Below are positions 61,468 through 63,004 of a stretch of DNA of 63,004 bases, piece after piece. The notes beneath the pieces are model-generated. The model worked only from the letters and a program-made list of their open reading frames with translations, did no database searches and was not told the DNA's origin. The stretch spans positions 1 through 63,004 of the forward strand of contig DATLEX010000175.1 of the NCBI GenBank assembly GCA_035525045.1. Reading direction: 5' to 3'. The translations under genes and the position numbers were made by a program. Every line of letters begins with the position of its first letter. Within the stretch, counting starts at the first letter, position 1. The DNA comes from Thermoanaerobaculia bacterium (GTDB lineage: Bacteria; Acidobacteriota; Thermoanaerobaculia; Gp7-AA8).

Positions 61468-63004
61468 TCAGTGCGTGGCAGCGCGCCGGCGGGCCGGGGG
61501 CACGCTGCCGAAGCGGGTGAAGAAGACGCGCGGGACGCCGGCGTACTCCCCTTCGGCGACGCGGTCGTACGCGAGCAGCAGTTGCACACTTCGGATCACC
61601 GCCGCGTCGAGCGATCCGAAGTTCCCGGCGGGGTGACGCATCACGATTTCCCGCGGCAGCGAGCGGACCTCCGAAAGCGGCGTACCGGCGGGGAACGTCA
61701 CCGCCGTCCAGAGCACTTCGGGACGCCCCTCGGTCGTCACGCCGACGCGATGGAAGAGGACGAATCGCTCGCCGAGCGCCACGAGCACCGGTTGCGTCGA
61801 GGAGGGAGCGATGGCCGGGTCGATCACCGTACCGCTCCCGGCTCCGTCGGTCTCGAGGACGGCCCCTTCGCGCGTCACCCGCGCGCCGCGGACGGTCCAC
61901 CCCTCAGCCCACGCCGACCAGAGCACGAGGTATTGCAGGCCGTGGAACGCGATGACCGGCTTCTCGGCGAAGGTGCGCCGCTCCTCGATCGACACCGGCA
62001 TCGGATCGATCGCCCTGCCGTCCGCTCCCACCCTGGCCGCGAGCAACGAGAAGGGGCCGATACTGCAGGTGATCACGCACTCCCGCTGTCCCTCCGACCA
62101 GGCCACGAGGAAGTCGCGCCCATCCGAGGCCACCGTGACGTCGTGGTTGAACCCGCCGCCATGGACGATCGCGGCGGCGGTCATGTCGGGGTTTCCCAGC
62201 ATGGCCACCCTCCGCGCCATCACGCAGAGCAAGCCCTGCGCGCAGGGACCATTCCAGACCACGAGCGCATCGGTGCCATTCGTGGTGACGTCGAAGTGAG
62301 TCGCCGCCGGCGCGACCTGCAGCGGTGCCGGATCGAGGAACCCGCTCCCGCCGGCCGCCATCCGCCGGGCGAAGAGACCGTCGGGCGTGGCCCAGACGGC
62401 GACGTACGCGCTCTGCGTCGCGGCGACCCTTGCCGCGGGAAGTCGCAGGACACTTCCTTCCTGCTCGATGGCGTACAGCTCGACCGGTTCCTCGTCGAGC
62501 GGGGCATTCGCGTTCGAGAAGCGCCGCACATACGCACGAGCCACACGGTCCGGTCCATTCTCGCCCCACGCCACGAGGTGCCCCACCCCCGACGCGGCGA
62601 CGCGCACGTTCGACTGCAGCGTCGCGCTGAAGGCAAGGATCTCGGGCGTCCCCCCGTCGAGCAGTGGCGTGACCTTCGTCCCGAAGAGGTCGAACGACGA
62701 GGAGGTGCGACGCTGGTGGATTCCATGCACGACCAGGCGGTAGTCGCCGGCGGCGGCAATGGCGATGCCCGAGAGCGTCCCCTGCCAGCCGCCGAAGGCG
62801 CGGGGAGGAGCGAACGTGCCGTCGGAGGCGACCGTGGTCATGTACGCGAATACATGCTGCTGAATCGGGTCGGGAACCCACCAGGCCAGCAGATACCGGG
62901 AGCCGTCGCGCGCCAGCCGGATCTGCGCAAAGGCAGGAGGCACGGGGGGTGCGAGCGTATGGGTCGCGCCGGTGTAGGCACCCGCGGCCGTCAGCCGGAA
63001 CGAC
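61468..63004 (-). CDS. hypothetical repeat protein (5' end outside window)
   Basis: The reading frame stays open from 62943 to the window end (…SFRLTAAGAYTGATHTLAPPVPPAFAQ…). It shows a ~50-60-aa periodicity of hydrophobic-Trp strands: YLLAWW, HLVAWG, YVAVWA, ALVVWN, FLVAWS, YLVLWS. This suggests a beta-propeller-like fold. Confidence 0.55.
   Translation of the reverse strand, partial: SFRLTAAGAYTGATHTLAPPVPPAFAQIRLARDGSRYLLAWWVPDPIQQHVFAYMTTVASDGTFAPPRAFGGWQGTLSGIAIAAAGDYRLVVHGIHQRRTSSSFDLFGTKVTPLLDGGTPEILAFSATLQSNVRVAASGVGHLVAWGENGPDRVARAYVRRFSNANAPLDEEPVELYAIEQEGSVLRLPAARVAATQSAYVAVWATPDGLFARRMAAGGSGFLDPAPLQVAPAATHFDVTTNGTDALVVWNGPCAQGLLCVMARRVAMLGNPDMTAAAIVHGGGFNHDVTVASDGRDFLVAWSEGQRECVITCSIGPFSLLAARVGADGRAIDPMPVSIEERRTFAEKPVIAFHGLQYLVLWSAWAEGWTVRGARVTREGAVLETDGAGSGTVIDPAIAPSSTQPVLVALGERFVLFHRVGVTTEGRPEVLWTAVTFPAGTPLSEVRSLPREIVMRHPAGNFGSLDAAVIRSVQLLLAYDRVAEGEYAGVPRVFFTRFGSVPPARRRAATH

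Overview
This is a GC-rich, densely packed, mostly housekeeping chromosomal segment from a Gram-negative-type bacterium. The envelope genes (lpt, lpxB, msbA) support that, and the intergenic repeat style resembles what I recall from Acidobacteriota-like soil genomes, which I cannot verify here.

I support about 60 protein genes plus one RNase P RNA. About 50 of them are on the minus strand. The gene content is:
- Translation and information processing: hpf, rpoN, rpoZ, rpsA, ihfB, trpS, aspS, rluB, rnpB.
- Envelope: lptB plus an LptC/LptA-like giant, lpxB-msbA-DUF374, a PBP1A, an LD-carboxypeptidase, sppA.
- DNA repair and replication: recJ, priA, udg, recG, uvrC, uvrB, scpAB.
- Nucleotide and cofactor metabolism: gmk, cmk, coaBC, thyA, folA, aroB, accA.
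- A few signalling or unknown genes.

I saw no transposase, integrase, CRISPR array, tRNA or rRNA.

The most unusual content is non-coding. Almost every intergenic gap larger than about 40 bp holds a structured repeat, and these fall into two classes:
- Arrays of 3-5 tandem heptamers, usually present as an inverted pair that can fold into a hairpin in several registers. At least four unit families occur (CGGTTAA, GATTTTG, GGGCTCR, AGCTCTC), several of them at more than one locus. They mostly sit at gene 3' ends and sometimes supply the last codons and the stop codon.
- Palindromic elements of 90-230 bp with GTCATTCCGAGC-type termini and a GAGGAATCCCCCGC / GCGGGGGATTCCTC core, including one nested copy with 36-bp AT-rich terminal inverted repeats.

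The coding oddities are:
- An A10 run that breaks the DUF374 gene in the lpxB-msbA operon.
- An 83-aa protein that consists of little more than a Tat signal and is coupled to signal-less tldD-pmbA.
- A translationally coupled pair made of a zinc-ribbon-SPFH protein and a NAD-kinase-fold protein.
- A lysA-like decarboxylase, lipoprotein D-aminoacylase-like and permease operon.

All family calls rest on motifs I recognise by eye. No database search was run.
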